DNA of 64,000 nt. It comes from Vicugna vicugna (lineage: Eukaryota). Both the position numbers and the translations under genes were made by a program. Under the pieces are notes generated by a model, which was not told where the DNA came from, searched no databases, and saw nothing but the letters and a program-made list of their open reading frames with translations. Location: NCBI GenBank assembly GCA_013265495.1, contig MU058424.1:1-64000 (forward strand), given 5' to 3'. This document shows, piece by piece, positions 51,181 through 64,000 of this stretch; the first letter of the stretch is position 1; every line of letters starts with the position of its first letter.

Positions 51181-52275
51181 GCCATGTCCTTGGGGGACCC
51201 TAAATGCATGTCTACTGTGCACTTAGTTTTGCAAACCAGTTTTTGTGAACCAGCCTACTTCAGTTAGGAAATATATTCTATATTCTATTAATAATTCTAA
51301 TAAACTATTCTATAACTAAGACCTGCCCCTTCTCCCTCCTCTTCCATCTTCCTTTTTCTTATTCTCTTTAATGCTCTCATTATCAGCTTCTAATGGACTC
51401 AAGCCTTGGGGTAAACTAACACACAGCAGGCATTTGTTAGCAAGCCAGCAGACCAAAGTTACAGATTCTGTCTTGAAATCAACTAAATGAGGATCAAATT
51501 TTCCATCATTTTTGGATTCTTGGAAGGCTTTTCATTAAAGGCTCATCTGAGACGAATGTGACAGTGGTCTGATAATGAGATTCCGCTAACCAGTTATTTG
51601 GATTCTCCAAATCAGCAGTGGCTACACAAATTTATTTAAATAAAGACACACAAGTTTTGCCAATGAAAGCTCCTTTCTAAAATTATTTACGCTAGTTGAC
51701 AAACCTCTAACCAGTGGATAAGAATTCTTTTACTATATTAATTGGTGTAGCTTTGGGTATTGATGGAAGGTAAAAATAGCTGAAGCTCCAGTAGAAGCTG
51801 CCTTGGTGGTGGCCTTTTAGATTGAAGGACAGCACACTCCCCCAGGGTGTGAATTCTTGATTAGGGCAGCTGGTGCCCCTAGGGTGCAAATTGAAGCTAA
51901 CTTATGTTTTAATCACAATCTCCATGCCGAAGCATTTTAAAGTACATTTCTTACATCATAGCATTAGTTCACCATGCTTCTCCATGGCATTTTTTTGTTT
52001 TGTTTTACCGTTACCCAATTTTTATCCTTTTTCCAATTTTTTGTTTCATGATTTTGAATAGATGACATTAAACATTAAACATTCCTTATTTGTGAAATAG
52101 TTAAGTTTCCTCTGAACTCTTCATTTTATCAGATTCTGCAAGTTACCCACATTTATTCACCTCTTTGGCCATAACTCTGTTGTCATATTAATCTCACTGG
52201 GTCACTTTATTCTTTTAAAAGACATCTGTCTTGACCTCTATAGGCATTTGATTTTGTTGTTGCAGTAATTTTTTA

Positions 52276-52728
52276 TGTAAAGCTAAGAATGTCACTTGCC
52301 ATCCAGTTCTGCAAGGATTAACAATGCAGTCCCTGACCTACAGCAGAGCCTGAAAGGAATTCAGGAAGAAGGAGAGGATGAGGCACTCTGTGCTTTGGGA
52401 AAACAGGCGAAATAGGTCGTTACACAGTCGTCTATCAGGCAAGTTGTTAATGAACCCACACTCTTGCGTCTCCCCGTACATAGAAGAGCACTAAAATCAT
52501 TCCAGGCTGTCTGTTCCTCATCACTGGGAGTGATCCGCTGCGAGATGCGGGCTTGGTTGCATGTAGCCCTTTGCCAAAATCACATATGCACTGGCCTCCC
52601 CCCTTCCTCTTTGCAGGTGTTCCTCAGCGCTAAGGCTCTGTTTCCCAGACTATATATCATCCAAGGTAAGACACTGAGTAAACTCAATCCACAGCTCTTA
52701 TGCTGTGCTTTTTGGTTTTTTTCCAACT
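52276..52728 (+). mobile_element. Solo LTR, ERV1-like
   Basis: 5' part resembles the LTRs at 44186/48393; composition shift. Confidence 0.65.
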
Positions 52729-53345
52729 AGAGTTTATCACTGGCTACACTTAGAAATCTACAGTGCAGAGATTTCCAGCCTCATGTTTAATGAACGGGTA
52801 TTGTAAACCGATGAAAGAACCAAAATGAGATCATTGGGCCATTTAGTGTAAAGGCAAGCTGTATCCACAGAACATGGGAGTCAGAAATGGAGGTGAAGAC
52901 AAGCTGAAGGAGGTGGTGTAATAGAGCCAAAAGTTCACACAGAAAATGCCCCCAAAAATCTTGCCTATTAAAGAGATTGCTGAGAGCTGCTTCTAGATAC
53001 ACATTTCAATTATGTACATAATTTTTTTTAGTAAAAACAGGAGAAAGAAATAAATAAACAATGATGCTTTCAGCGAAGTAGCATACTAATGGTGTTGTAT
53101 CAGAATTTTGCAATTATGTTATTACTTTCAAATTGTATTTGATACTGGACATAAGAGCATTATTTTGTGGGTTTATGGCCATCTTCAGTACAAAGGCATC
53201 GAGACTCCAAATTTTTTCTTTATTGTATGCACAGTAAAAATTATTATTTACTTTAATTTTTTTTTAAAGAATCCAAAATGGAAAAAGGGCTATCATTTGT
53301 TCACTTCATGTAAATAATTGCAACTGATCTAAAGGCTCTGTGTAT

Positions 53346-53897
53346 TGTTAGGGAAGAAGAAATTTCCTCTACCCTTACAGGTTCTTCTGGCTCATTTAAG
53401 AATTAAATTGATATGAGACAGATTAACAGGAAAAAATCACACAGAAGTTCAATGACCTGTACCCACGGGAAAGACCCAGGATAACTGAGTAACTTGCCAA
53501 AATTACTGAAACGCTCACCTTAAGTGCTTTCTTCACAAAGGAGGATTTGGAGGCAGAGTTTGGGGCTTCAAAGCGGGGGAAGGCAATTCATGTGAAGAGG
53601 GAAAAGCAAATATTTGGTAAACAAACGTTTGCTGGGCCATGTGGAGACAATGGGAGACAATATGAATCTTAACAGACCTTGTTAGGTTCCTCCCAGGCTC
53701 TGCACCTGACTCCTACTATGGTTACCTGTGGTGATCGCTCCCTTTCCCTAACAAGTCCTCCAGCTTCATTCTTCAGGCATTAGATGGAAGGTCAAAGTTT
53801 CTTTCTGAGTCTTTTGGGCCTTGATTGTTTTCATCCTGAAATAATCTGCATGCGTGCCGAAGAGGTATTTTAGGGTAAGAAATTTGGTTCCCCTTCA
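53346..53897 (-). mobile_element. Solo LTR, ERV1-like
   Basis: TGTTA...TTCA ends, near-TSD gtat/gcat. Confidence 0.8.
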
Positions 53898-54238
53898 GCA
53901 TAAAAGATACATTATGTAGACAGCAGTCTGATAAAAATCAATGTAATTTTTAATAGTTTTAAACATAATTTAAACATAAATTTATGTTATGTAACTTAGC
54001 ATTCTTACTGAGATACAGACATAGATGGCAATTTCAGCTTTTACAGACTTAAATGGGAGTATCTATTATTGAGAAAAATAATACCCTGTAGTACTTAATT
54101 GAAATTAAAGGAAGGCCAAATGCTAATTTTTCTCTTTTATTCTGTTCAAAACAGAACCACCAATTTTTTCCTCTCATTATATAACAGCAACTTTTAGTAC
54201 CAGGTGATTAAAATCTGACAAAAGAAAAGATGTATTCC

Positions 54239-54505
54239 AAAACTTGTGGTTGCTGGGAGGAGAAGGGGTGTGAAGGGATAAACTGGGAGTTCGAGGTTTG
54301 CAGATACTGACTGGTATACACAGAATAGATAAACAAATTTATACTGTATAGCACAGGGAATTATATTCAATATCTTGTAGTATCTCATGATGAAAAAGAA
54401 TTTGAAAATGATATATTTATATTAATGTCTGACTGAAAAATTGTGCTGTACACCAGAAATTGACACAACATTGTAAACCGACTATAACTCCATTAAAAAA
54501 TAAAC
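54239..54505 (+). mobile_element. Young L1 3' UTR
   Basis: Same family as 7345-7651; A tail. Confidence 0.92.
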
Positions 54506-54594
54506 AAAATCTTTGCCTGAATAATGGCAGTCACATCAGTTTGATAAATTATTCTGTATCAGCTAAAATTAAAAAATCAAATTCAAAAAAATAT

Positions 54595-57270
54595 GGCTCT
54601 TAGTTTTGCTGATCTTTTCTATTGTTTTCCTGGTTTCTATTTTATTTATTTCTGCTCTAATAATTGTTATTGCCTTCCTTCTGCTAAATTTGGGTTTACT
54701 AATGTCATCTTACTTTTTTATGGTGGTTTCATAGTTCCTTGTTCTTTTCCCCCCTTCTTGAATCCTCCTTTGTGAACTGATGATTTCCATTGTTTTCTGC
54801 CTTGATTCTCTTCTCTTTATCTTCTGTTATCTGATATATGGTATTGCTTTGTGGGTACTGTGAGGCTCACATGATCTTACAGATTAAAAGACTATTTTGT
54901 GCTGATAACAACTTAACTTCTGTTGCCTAGATGAACTCTTCCCATTTGCTCCTCCCTTCTGTGTTTTTGATGTCACAGTTCACCTGTTTTTATACTGTGT
55001 ATTTATTAACAATTTATTGTTGCTATAGTTATTTTTAACACTTTTGTTCTTTAACCTTTTTATTAGAGTTAAGTGGTTAACGCACCAACATATTGTAACA
55101 TTAGAGTGTCTGAAATAGACTGTATACTTACGTTTACCATTGTGTTGTATACGTTCATGGTTTCATGTTACTAATTAGCATCCTTCCGTTTCAACTTGAG
55201 GAACTTTTCAGCGTTTCTTGTAAGGCTGGTCATGTGGTGATGAGCTTCTTCTGCATTGTTTGTTTGTGAAAGTCTTTATCCCTCGTTTCTGAGGGAGAAT
55301 GTTACCAGATGGATGTTGTTGGTTGGCTGTGTTTTTCTTTCCACCCTCTCCAAGCCTATAAGGCTCCTGCTGAGAAATCCACTGATAGCCATATGTGGGT
55401 CCCTTGTAAGTTGCCACTTCTTTCTTTTTTCTACTTTTAATATTCTCTCTTTGTCTTTGATTTTGAACAGTTTATTATCATGTGTCTTGAAGAAGATCTC
55501 TTTACATTAAGTTTTTTTGTGACCTATGAACTTTAGGAACATGGTTATCCAACTATCTCACCAGATTTGAGAAATTCTCAGCAAGTATTTCTTTAAATAA
55601 GCTTTTTGTCTCATCTTCCTCTCTTCTTCAGGGACTCCATAACTTGCAGATTTTTTTTTTCAGTGGTATCCCTTAGATCACATAGGTTTTCTTCATTGCA
55701 TTTCATTTTCTTTTCCTCCATCTGGATACTTTCAAAGTCCTTGTCTGTGTCTTAAAGATTCTTTTTCCATTTGATCTATTCTGTTACTGATGCTCTCTGT
55801 TACTTTTTTTTAAAATTTAATTTGTTGTGTTCTTCAGCTCCAGAATTTGTTCGGTTCTTTTTTATGATCTACATCTTTGTTAATCTTTTCATTTTGTTTT
55901 GTATTGTTTCCCTGGTTTTGTTGAATTGTCTTTCTGTGTTTTTCTGTAGTGCATTGAGCTTCCTTAAAATAGTTTTTTTGGATTCTTTATCAGGTAGATT
56001 GCAGATCTCCAAGTCTTTGGGGTTGGTTACTGGGAGATTATTGCAGTCCTTTCGTGGTGTCATGTTTTCTTGATTTTTTATTTTCCCTGAAGCATTGCAT
56101 TGTTGTTTTTGCATCTGAAGTAGCAGTTACCTACTCTAGTCTTTATCAACTGATCTTGGGAGAGAAATACCTTTCATCAGCTCTGCTAAAAGTTCTGACA
56201 CTTTCTCAGACCTTCTATGGACACACCTACTTCGTGCATCTTGCTGTCTGTTGTGGCAGAGTTATTAACTTTGCACGCCTTGTCTTCATCCTGTAATGCA
56301 CTAGGCTGGGTGCTGAAGGTTTCTCTTTTGCTTTTCCATGGGTGCAGCTAAAGCTCAAGTTTGTGATCTATCCCTGGCCTGCAGACTCAGGCTGGCTTTC
56401 TGCACATGCTTATTAGATATCTGCGAAAGCTTGTTCATGCCACCTTCAGTAGCATGCACAGAGAAACAGCCCCAGGGTGAGGGGAATGCCTAGGTGAGGT
56501 GTGCTGTGCTAGGAGTGCCTGTGGGCGAGTTTGGGAGTCTGTGGGTGTGTCAATCCCAGCAACTGATTGTTGGGATTCTTGATGGAGTCTGTGAAGCAAT
56601 TAGTAGGATCCACATCCCTTTATTGCCCTCAAAAAGTTCTATCTGCAGTTCTCCGTGACTATTCCTGCCTTCCAATGGTGTAGCTCATGACTTAATACCC
56701 TGGACAGAGCAATAGAGAAATAAGCCTCTTTGGTAGCATTCTGCAAAGCTGGAGAAACCAGGCACTTACACACATGCTCTCATTTTCCTCCATGGGGGAA
56801 ATCATAGGCTAAAAAGATCTCTCTTGGCACTGAGCTGTGCCACCTTGAGGAAGAAGTTATGCAGGTAAAATCAAACTGTTCCTCTTACCCTCTCCAATGC
56901 ATTTAAACTCATACTTTCAGCTCCACTGGTGTACTGGAACTTCTTTGCTGGAAGCCTGGACTTCCACAGAGGGTCTCTTGTCTGTGATTGTCAAAGGCAT
57001 TGTTCTCCAAGGTCTTGACTGCAGTTGAGAGGGGCTAGGGCTGGTTCATGGACCACTACAGAGTCCACAGCCAGGACTGAGGTCTGTATTATGCCTATTA
57101 TCCAGCACACAGGTAGGCAAGACCTCCCAGGGACTTCCTCCCAGGTCCCCTGGAATATGAATCACACATCTTGCACAAAGGCATTTTTGGTCTGTGGTTG
57201 GAAGTTAGATTGTTGTTGAGAAGGGGTGAAGGTATGATGAGTGATGTAGTACTCAGCAGTGTTGCTGATT
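54595..57270 (-). mobile_element. Old L1 5' UTR + ORF1 (+ small ORF2 piece), internally deleted
   Basis: ORF1 N-terminus KNQENMTPRKDCNNLPVTNPKDLEICNLPDKESKKTILRKLNALQKNTERQFN. Confidence 0.9.
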
Positions 57271-57849
57271 TTGCTCCTTAAGCCAACACTTTAAAATTGA
57301 CAGTCATGTCACATTTTCATGTTCACTGGAAAAAATGAAAATCTACCAGCCATGTGCCTATTTCCTACGTGGCAGCAATGAGGTAGTGCTGAAGGCAGCT
57401 GTGTCATTTAGTGGTGGTTTGTGGACTCTGTTTATCATAGCCTGCTCCCTTCCATTTCTGGGCCTCCTACATTGCAAATGTATATTTTCTATCCAGCCTT
57501 TACAGTGATATTATTTTTGACCTCTGGATTAGACACTGATTTACCAAAAGCGCAGTTTCTCTGAGTTTTTTGAAGTACATAAAAGGATGAAATTTGAATC
57601 TTTAAGAACACAGAGTGGATTGAAAATGAACTAAGACAGCTGAACTCAGAAACAAACCTGTTTTCTCAGGCTAAACACCACTTACCCTGTACGAAGGGCT
57701 CAAGTTATCAAAGCTAAACTGAAATTGGTATGTTAATTATAATGTTTAACTTAACTCAAAAGAAAATTCAGTTACTAGTTTATATAAAGTATGTGATTAA
57801 ATTGTTCCCAAGTAACTTATCATTTTGTTATATGACTCAGTTAAAAAGC

Positions 57850-60780
57850 AGTCTGGAGACTTTCAGATAAAAATGGTAGAAATTGAAGCTGTTTCTACCC
57901 CTCTCCCTTCTGAAACCAACTACCAAAAAAAAAAAAAATTCACATAGACTAATCAATTTTCAGTAAAAGTAGAAAGTAATTGCAATTCTAGTACTTAATA
58001 TGATAAATAACATTCAGACCAAATTTTAAGAGGATATGAAAGCAACATGCCCCAGCAGACAATCAAGCTGCATGCAGAATACTCACAAGTTGATTACATA
58101 CTTGGAAGGCCAAGTATGTGATTCATGGCTTGGAACTAAAACACCAAAGAAAAGAAGAAGGACAGAATAAAGAGAGATGATTTAACACCTTTGCAGGGAG
58201 CTCTGCACCTGCTGATCTCAGTAAAAGAAGGTAAGTTACTGCTAGACCATCTCACAGAAGACAGTGAAATACAGAGATCTTCCTTGCAGCCCAGTAGCCT
58301 TCCTGTTGTCATGAGTAAGGGCATATAGTCAAGGCCATATGAACGCAAAAGTTTGAGAAGTGGTTTATGACAACTAAATCCGGTGTACTTACTTCCAAGA
58401 CACATTTTTCCAGTCTTTACCCCATACATTCTCCTGCAAAATGATTACCCCAAAAGTGATGACCCATACTTATTTTCAAATAAGAAAGAAGTATGGGACT
58501 ATAACATAAAGATCTTCTTGAAAAACTGCCTAATATGAAATCATACTGAGAATTATATGAATTGAGAAATTGTTGTAAAGGACTGATGGTGAACCTGGAT
58601 TCTGCTGAAATATATAACTAAGGGTAAACAACTGAAAAATTATGACTCTGCAGAATATCTGTAACTCTTGATATTGTAAAACTTACAATATATTCTGGGT
58701 AATAAAAATTGCAATAACTCTATATGAGAACAGGAATCTAAAAAGTTTATGAATGCTATTTTTCTCATCTCTCAGAGTGGAATATGGGAGGACAATAAAT
58801 TCTGTTTAAATCTAAAAATACCAAGTTGTAAGCTAATCAAATAAAGTTAAAAATGGAAGAAACCATAAGACTAAAATCAGATTACAGAAACAATTAATTA
58901 TTTCTGAAAGACAGACACACAAAATAACATAGAGATACCATAAAACATATAGTGGAAGAAACACTAAAAATAAAAAGAATGTTAAAAATATAACATTAAA
59001 TAAGATAATAGAGACAACACTAAATATATTTATCAATTCAATAAATGTAAATAAGTCAGACTCACTCTGCTAAAAAAAAAATCCTGATTGGATTAAATAA
59101 TATAAATATTTACACAATTAAAATATGTATTTACATTGTAACTAGTTGTACTTCAATTTTTTAAAATCTTAAAAAAAGAATATGAAAACAAATATATGTA
59201 TGTATATGCATGCCTGGGACATTGTGCTGTACACCAGTAATTGAAATTGACACATTGTAACTGACTGTACTTCAATAAAAAAATTAAAAAGATATGGTTT
59301 AAAGTAAGTGATTCAGGTTGAAAATAAATAGGCCAAAAAGGAAAAAAAAGATGGATAGGCAAGAATAATTTTAAAGACTAGGTGAAAATAATTAATACTT
59401 TACATGAGCCACACAATTAATATTAAACAAAGTTTAATTCAAATAAAAGCATTAAGGATACAAAAAGGACATTTCTACAAAGAAATAAGCACCATAAAAC
59501 AATAAAAATAAATTGGTTATTTTTTTAAACTGATAAATATTACAGTGGAAAATGGCAACAAGCAAAGAATAAATAATTGGAACACATCTTTTAGCAAAGC
59601 TAGGTATAATAGGAAAAATATTTAAATAATATTAAGAATCTAGAAAAATAATTATTACTGATATTTAATAGATTCATATAAAATAAATTTCCTTGAAAAT
59701 GACAAACGTCTCTCTTTTATGTGCCCAAAGAATATTTGCCAAAAATTTAACACAAAAAAACTTAATTTAAACTCCATGGTGCAGAAAAAATGTAGACATA
59801 TGTTCTCATCACAGTGCAATAAACAGACATTAATTATAAACATATAAACAAAATCTCATACTTCTTGAATGCTAAACAACAACATCAAAATAACTGTCTT
59901 AAATGTGTCTAGGGTAAAAGATAAAAAAATGAAATTTGTAACTTCCAAAAAACAGTATAAGTAACAGTATTTTATATCAGAACCTTAAGAGTTCTGTTAA
60001 TTCAATGCTGAGTAGAAAATTAATATCAAGTAGTCTTAAAATTATTTAAAAATTATGTAAGCATTTTACTTGAAATATTTCACTAAAATGTAAACTCCGT
60101 AAGAACAGAGGCTTTTATCTACTTGTTCAATGCTGTATTTTCAGCTCTTGGAAAAGTGCCTAGCACATAGCTGTTATTGGAAAGTGATAGTAAATGAATA
60201 AATCAATAAATCAATAAAAATGTGAAATTAAAAATAAAATAAATCCAGAAAAAATAACACTAGGAACTTTATGAAGTAAGAGTAGAAAACAGAAAATCAG
60301 AAAACAGAAAAATAGTAATACTGAAATATATGTCAGAGATCAATTATTAAAATCAAGTGAGCAAAGATAGCTTATTAGTTAATGTCAAAAATAAAAGGAA
60401 GAAATATAAATACACAGCACTAGATGTGTGATGGGGAAATAAATAGGAAGAGACAAAATAATAGAAATAGTATTGAAGTGTACTTATTATAGTGGAATCA
60501 ATGTTTGAATGATGAAAAAATATTTTTTAATTAATTGTCATAGTATCTCAATGGATAAGAAATGAATAAACTATTAAATACAATAGCATTACTTCAAATT
60601 ATGAAGAGACAAACAATATAATATAAAAAATATCTATATACTGAACAGGCAGCACACAAAAGAAGATATCTAAATTGCTGATTTAATATTTAATATGATT
60701 AAATATTAATAAATATTTAATATTTAATAATAAATTAATAGATATTCACCATATTATATATGAAGGAAATGTAAATTAAC
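57850..60780 (+). mobile_element. Very old, A-rich L1 remnant with small L1 and L2 insertions
   Basis: Diverged EN-region motifs; young L1 tails 59132-59290; L2 end 60085-60215. Confidence 0.65.
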
Positions 60781-61316
60781 AACACATTGTGTTGATGGGC
60801 ACTTAGGTTGTTTCCCTATCTTGGCAATTTTAAATGATGCTAGTATGAACATTTGGGTGCATGTATCCTTTTTTTTTATTAGTTACTTTTTATTGAACTT
60901 TAGTTGACTTACAATATTACATTTGTTTCAGGGCTGCAACAGAGTGACTTGATATCTTTGTAGATTACATACCATATGAACTTATAAAACATTGACTATA
61001 TTTCCTGTGCTGTACATTACATCCCTATGACTTATTTGTTTTATGACTAGAGGTTTGTACCTCTTAATCCCCTTCACCTATTTCACCACTCTCCCCTCTG
61101 GTAACCACTAATGTGTTCTCTGTATCTGTGAGTCCATTTCTGTTTTGTTATATTTGCTCATTTGTTTTGTTTTTTACATTCCATGTATTAGTGAAAGTGT
61201 ACAGTATTTGCCTTTTTCTGTCTGACTTATTTCAGTAAGCATAATATCCTCCAGATCCATACATGTTGTCCCAAATGGCAAGATTTCATTCTTTGTTATG
61301 ACTGAGTAATATTCCA

Positions 61317-61318
<2 letters not shown>

Positions 61319-61369
<51 letters not shown>
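61319..61369. repeat. (TG)n microsatellite
   Basis: Direct reading. Confidence 0.98.
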
Positions 61370-61372
<3 letters not shown>

Positions 61373-61489
61373 TCTTTCTTATCCTTTTATCTGTTTATGG
61401 GCACTTAGGTTGCTTCCATACCTTGACTATTGTAAAAAAAAAAAAAAGCTTCTATGAACATTGGGGTGCTTATATCTTTTGGAATTAGT

Positions 61490-61510
61490 NNNNNNNNNNN
61501 NNNNNNNNNN
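61490..61510. other. Assembly gap (21 N)
   Basis: Run of n. Confidence 1.
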
Positions 61511-64000
61511 ATACCCCGGAGTAGAATAGGTGTGTTTTATGGGATTTTTTTTTTTTTTTTTTTGAAGAACCTCCATACTGTTTTTCACAGTGGCTGCACC
61601 AACTTAGTGTTACCAACAGTGCATGTTATCTTTTTGAATTAGTGTTTCTGGGTTTGTTTTTTTTTTGATATATATCCAAGAATGAGATGGCTGGGCCATA
61701 TGATAGTTCTATTTTTCATTTTTGAGAAACCTACATTCTGTTTCCCACAGTGGGTGCACAAATTTACATGCCCACCAAGAGTGTACAAGGGTTCCCTTTT
61801 CTCCACAATCTTGCCAATATTTATTTGAGGTCTTTTTGTTGATAGCCATTCTGACAAGGGTGTGGTGGTACCTCATTGTAGTTTTGATTTGCATTTACCT
61901 GATGATTAGATATATTGAGCATCTTTTCATGTGCCTCTTGTCCATCTGCATTGATTCTGGAAAGTTCAGTTCTTCTGTCTATTTTTTACCTTTTTTTCCC
62001 TTGAAACTGAGTTGTATGAACTGTTTATATATGTTGGATAGTAACCCTTTATTGGTCTTATCATTTGCATATACTTTCTCCTATCAGTAGGTTGCCTTTT
62101 CATTTTGTTGATAGTTTCCTTTGCCGTGCAAAAACTTTTACATTTAATTAGGACCTGTTTATTTGTTTTTGTTTTTATTTTCTTTGCTTTCAGAGATGGA
62201 TCCCAAATATGGCTATGATTAATATCAATGAGTCTTCTGCTTATGTTTTCCTCTAGGAGTTTTATGGTATCCACTTTTACATTTAGGTCTTTAGTTCATT
62301 TTGAGTTTATTTTTGTATATGATGTTAGAGAATGTTCTAATTTCATTCCTTTACATGTAGCTGTCCAGGTTTACCAGCACCACTTATTGAAGGGACTGTC
62401 TTTTCTCCATTATATCTTCTTTCCTCCTTAGTCATAGATTAATTGCCCATAAGTTCATGGGTTTATTTCTGGACTTTCCTGTTCAGTTGATCTGTGTGTC
62501 TATTATTGTGCCAGTACCATACAGTTTTGATTACTGTAGCTTTGTAATATAGTCTGAAGTCAGGAATTGTGGGTCCTCTAGCTCTGTTCTTAAGATTGTT
62601 TTGGCTATTTAGGGTCTTTTGTGTTTCCATACAATTTCTAAAATTATTTGTTCTTGTTCTATAAAAAATGCCATTGGTATCTTGATAAGGACCACAATGA
62701 ATCTGTAGATTGCCTTGGGTAGCATGGTCATTTTAACAATATTGATTCTTTCAATCCAAGAGCACGGTGTATCTTTCTATCAGTTTGTGTCATCTTCAAT
62801 TACTTTCATCATTACATTTCATCTTATAGTTTTAGGAGTAAGGTCTTTTGCTTCCTTATGTAGGTTTATTTCTAGATATTGTGTTCTTTTTCATTCAGTA
62901 GAAAATGGGATTGTTTTCTTAATTTCTCTTCCTGATAATTTGTTGTTAGTGTACATAAGTGCAACAGATTTGTGTATATTAATTTTGTATCCTACAACTT
63001 TACCAAATCTATTGATGAGCTTTAGTAGTTTTCTGGTCTTAAGGATTCTCTATGTATAGCATCATACCATATGCAAACAGTGACAGTTTTACTTTTTCCT
63101 TTTCAATTTAGGTTACTTTTCTTTCTTTTTCTTTCTTTCTTTCTTTTATTTTCCTTTTATTTTCCTTTTTTTCTTTTTTCTCTTTTCTCTCTTTTTTTTT
63201 TTTTCTTTTCTTTTAAATCTGAATCTGGAGGCTAGGACTTCCAAAACTATGTTGAATAGAAGTGGTGAGAGTTGGCATCCTTGTCTTGTTTCTGATCTTA
63301 GAGGAAATGCTTTCAGCTTTTCACCATTATGATATTAGCTATGAGTTTGTCATATATATCCTTGTCTCTTGCCTCTATTCCCACTTTCTGGGGAGTTTTT
63401 TGTAATCATAAATCAATGTTGAATTTTATGGAAAGCTTTTTCCGCATCTATTGAGACGATCATATAGTTTTTATTCTTCCATTTGTTAATGTGATTTATC
63501 ACAATTGATTTGTGGATATTGAAAAGTTCTTGCATCCCTTGAATAAATCCCACTTGATCATGACATGTGATCTTATTGGTGTATTGTTGGATTTGGGTTG
63601 CTACTATTTTGCTGAGGATTTTTGTTTCCATATTCAAAAAGTGATGCTGGCCAGTAATTTGTGTGTGTGTGTTATATCTTTGTCTGGCTTGGATATCAGG
63701 GTGCTGCTAGTCTCATATAAGGAGTTTGAAAGTGTTCCTTCCTCTGCCATCTTTTGGAATAATTGCAGACAGATGGGTGTTAACTCAGTTAACTCTTCTC
63801 TGAATGTTTTGTAGAATTCACCTATGACACCATCTGGTCCTGGACTTTGGTTTGTTGGGAGTTTTAAATTACTAATTCAGTTTCATTAATGGTAATTGGT
63901 CTCTTCATATTTTCTATTTCTTCCTGGGTTAGCCTTGGGGAATTGTACCCTTCTAAGCATTTGTCCATTTCTTCTAGGACATCCATTTTCTTGACATATA

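Larger units (their letters stand above)
60787..64000 (-). mobile_element. L1 ORF2 RT to 3' region with nested L1 (60873-61618)
   Basis: [19 protein letters not shown]...[10 protein letters not shown] motif; TSD gtgcatgt(t)atc(c/t)ttt at 60857 and 61619. Confidence 0.95.

Noticed and set aside
52133..52200. Possible exon ttttatcAG|attctg...ctgg|GTCACT
   Set aside because: Weak donor and no phase link to the chain
60680..60745. AT-only palindromic stretch
   Set aside because: Low-complexity sequence; self-complementarity expected by composition
61511..61800. Repeated L1 segment beside the N gap as mis-assembly
   Set aside because: Copies are diverged and explained by a nested L1 with TSD at 60857/61619
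74..63814. ORF-track entries of 60-161 aa as genes
   Set aside because: Those recognisable are sense or antisense frames of L1/L2/LTR fragments; the rest often start at non-ATG codons and lack coding character
1..64000. CRISPR arrays, operons or other prokaryotic systems
   Set aside because: Sequence is mammalian; no regularly spaced repeat-spacer array seen

Overview
AT-rich mammalian nuclear DNA, very probably camelid: it carries a tRNA-Ala-derived Vic-1-type SINE and many copies of one young L1 3' UTR family. Most of the window is interspersed repeat: L1 of several ages, L2, MIR, MaLR/ERV1/ERVL LTRs, two ERV internal remnants, and Tigger/hAT MITEs, often nested with visible target-site duplications. 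The recognisable ORFs in the supplied track are repeat-derived and the rest look like chance ORFs. The main non-obvious signal is in the unique islands between repeats. About 17-18 short (25-92 nt) AG/GT-bounded segments on the + strand (about 6.6-42.1 kb) splice in compatible phases into roughly 264-290 codons, interrupted by only 3-4 in-frame stops. I read this as a decayed (unitary-pseudogene-like) or disrupted micro-exon gene that I cannot name. By eye it resembles tandem ubiquitin-like (talin F0/SHANK SPN-type) domains. The model was built manually and some exons are weak. Also seen: two local templated duplications (one inverted), a chimeric L1 insertion and a possible SWIM-finger transposon relic. 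Repeat family names and boundaries are by-eye approximations.
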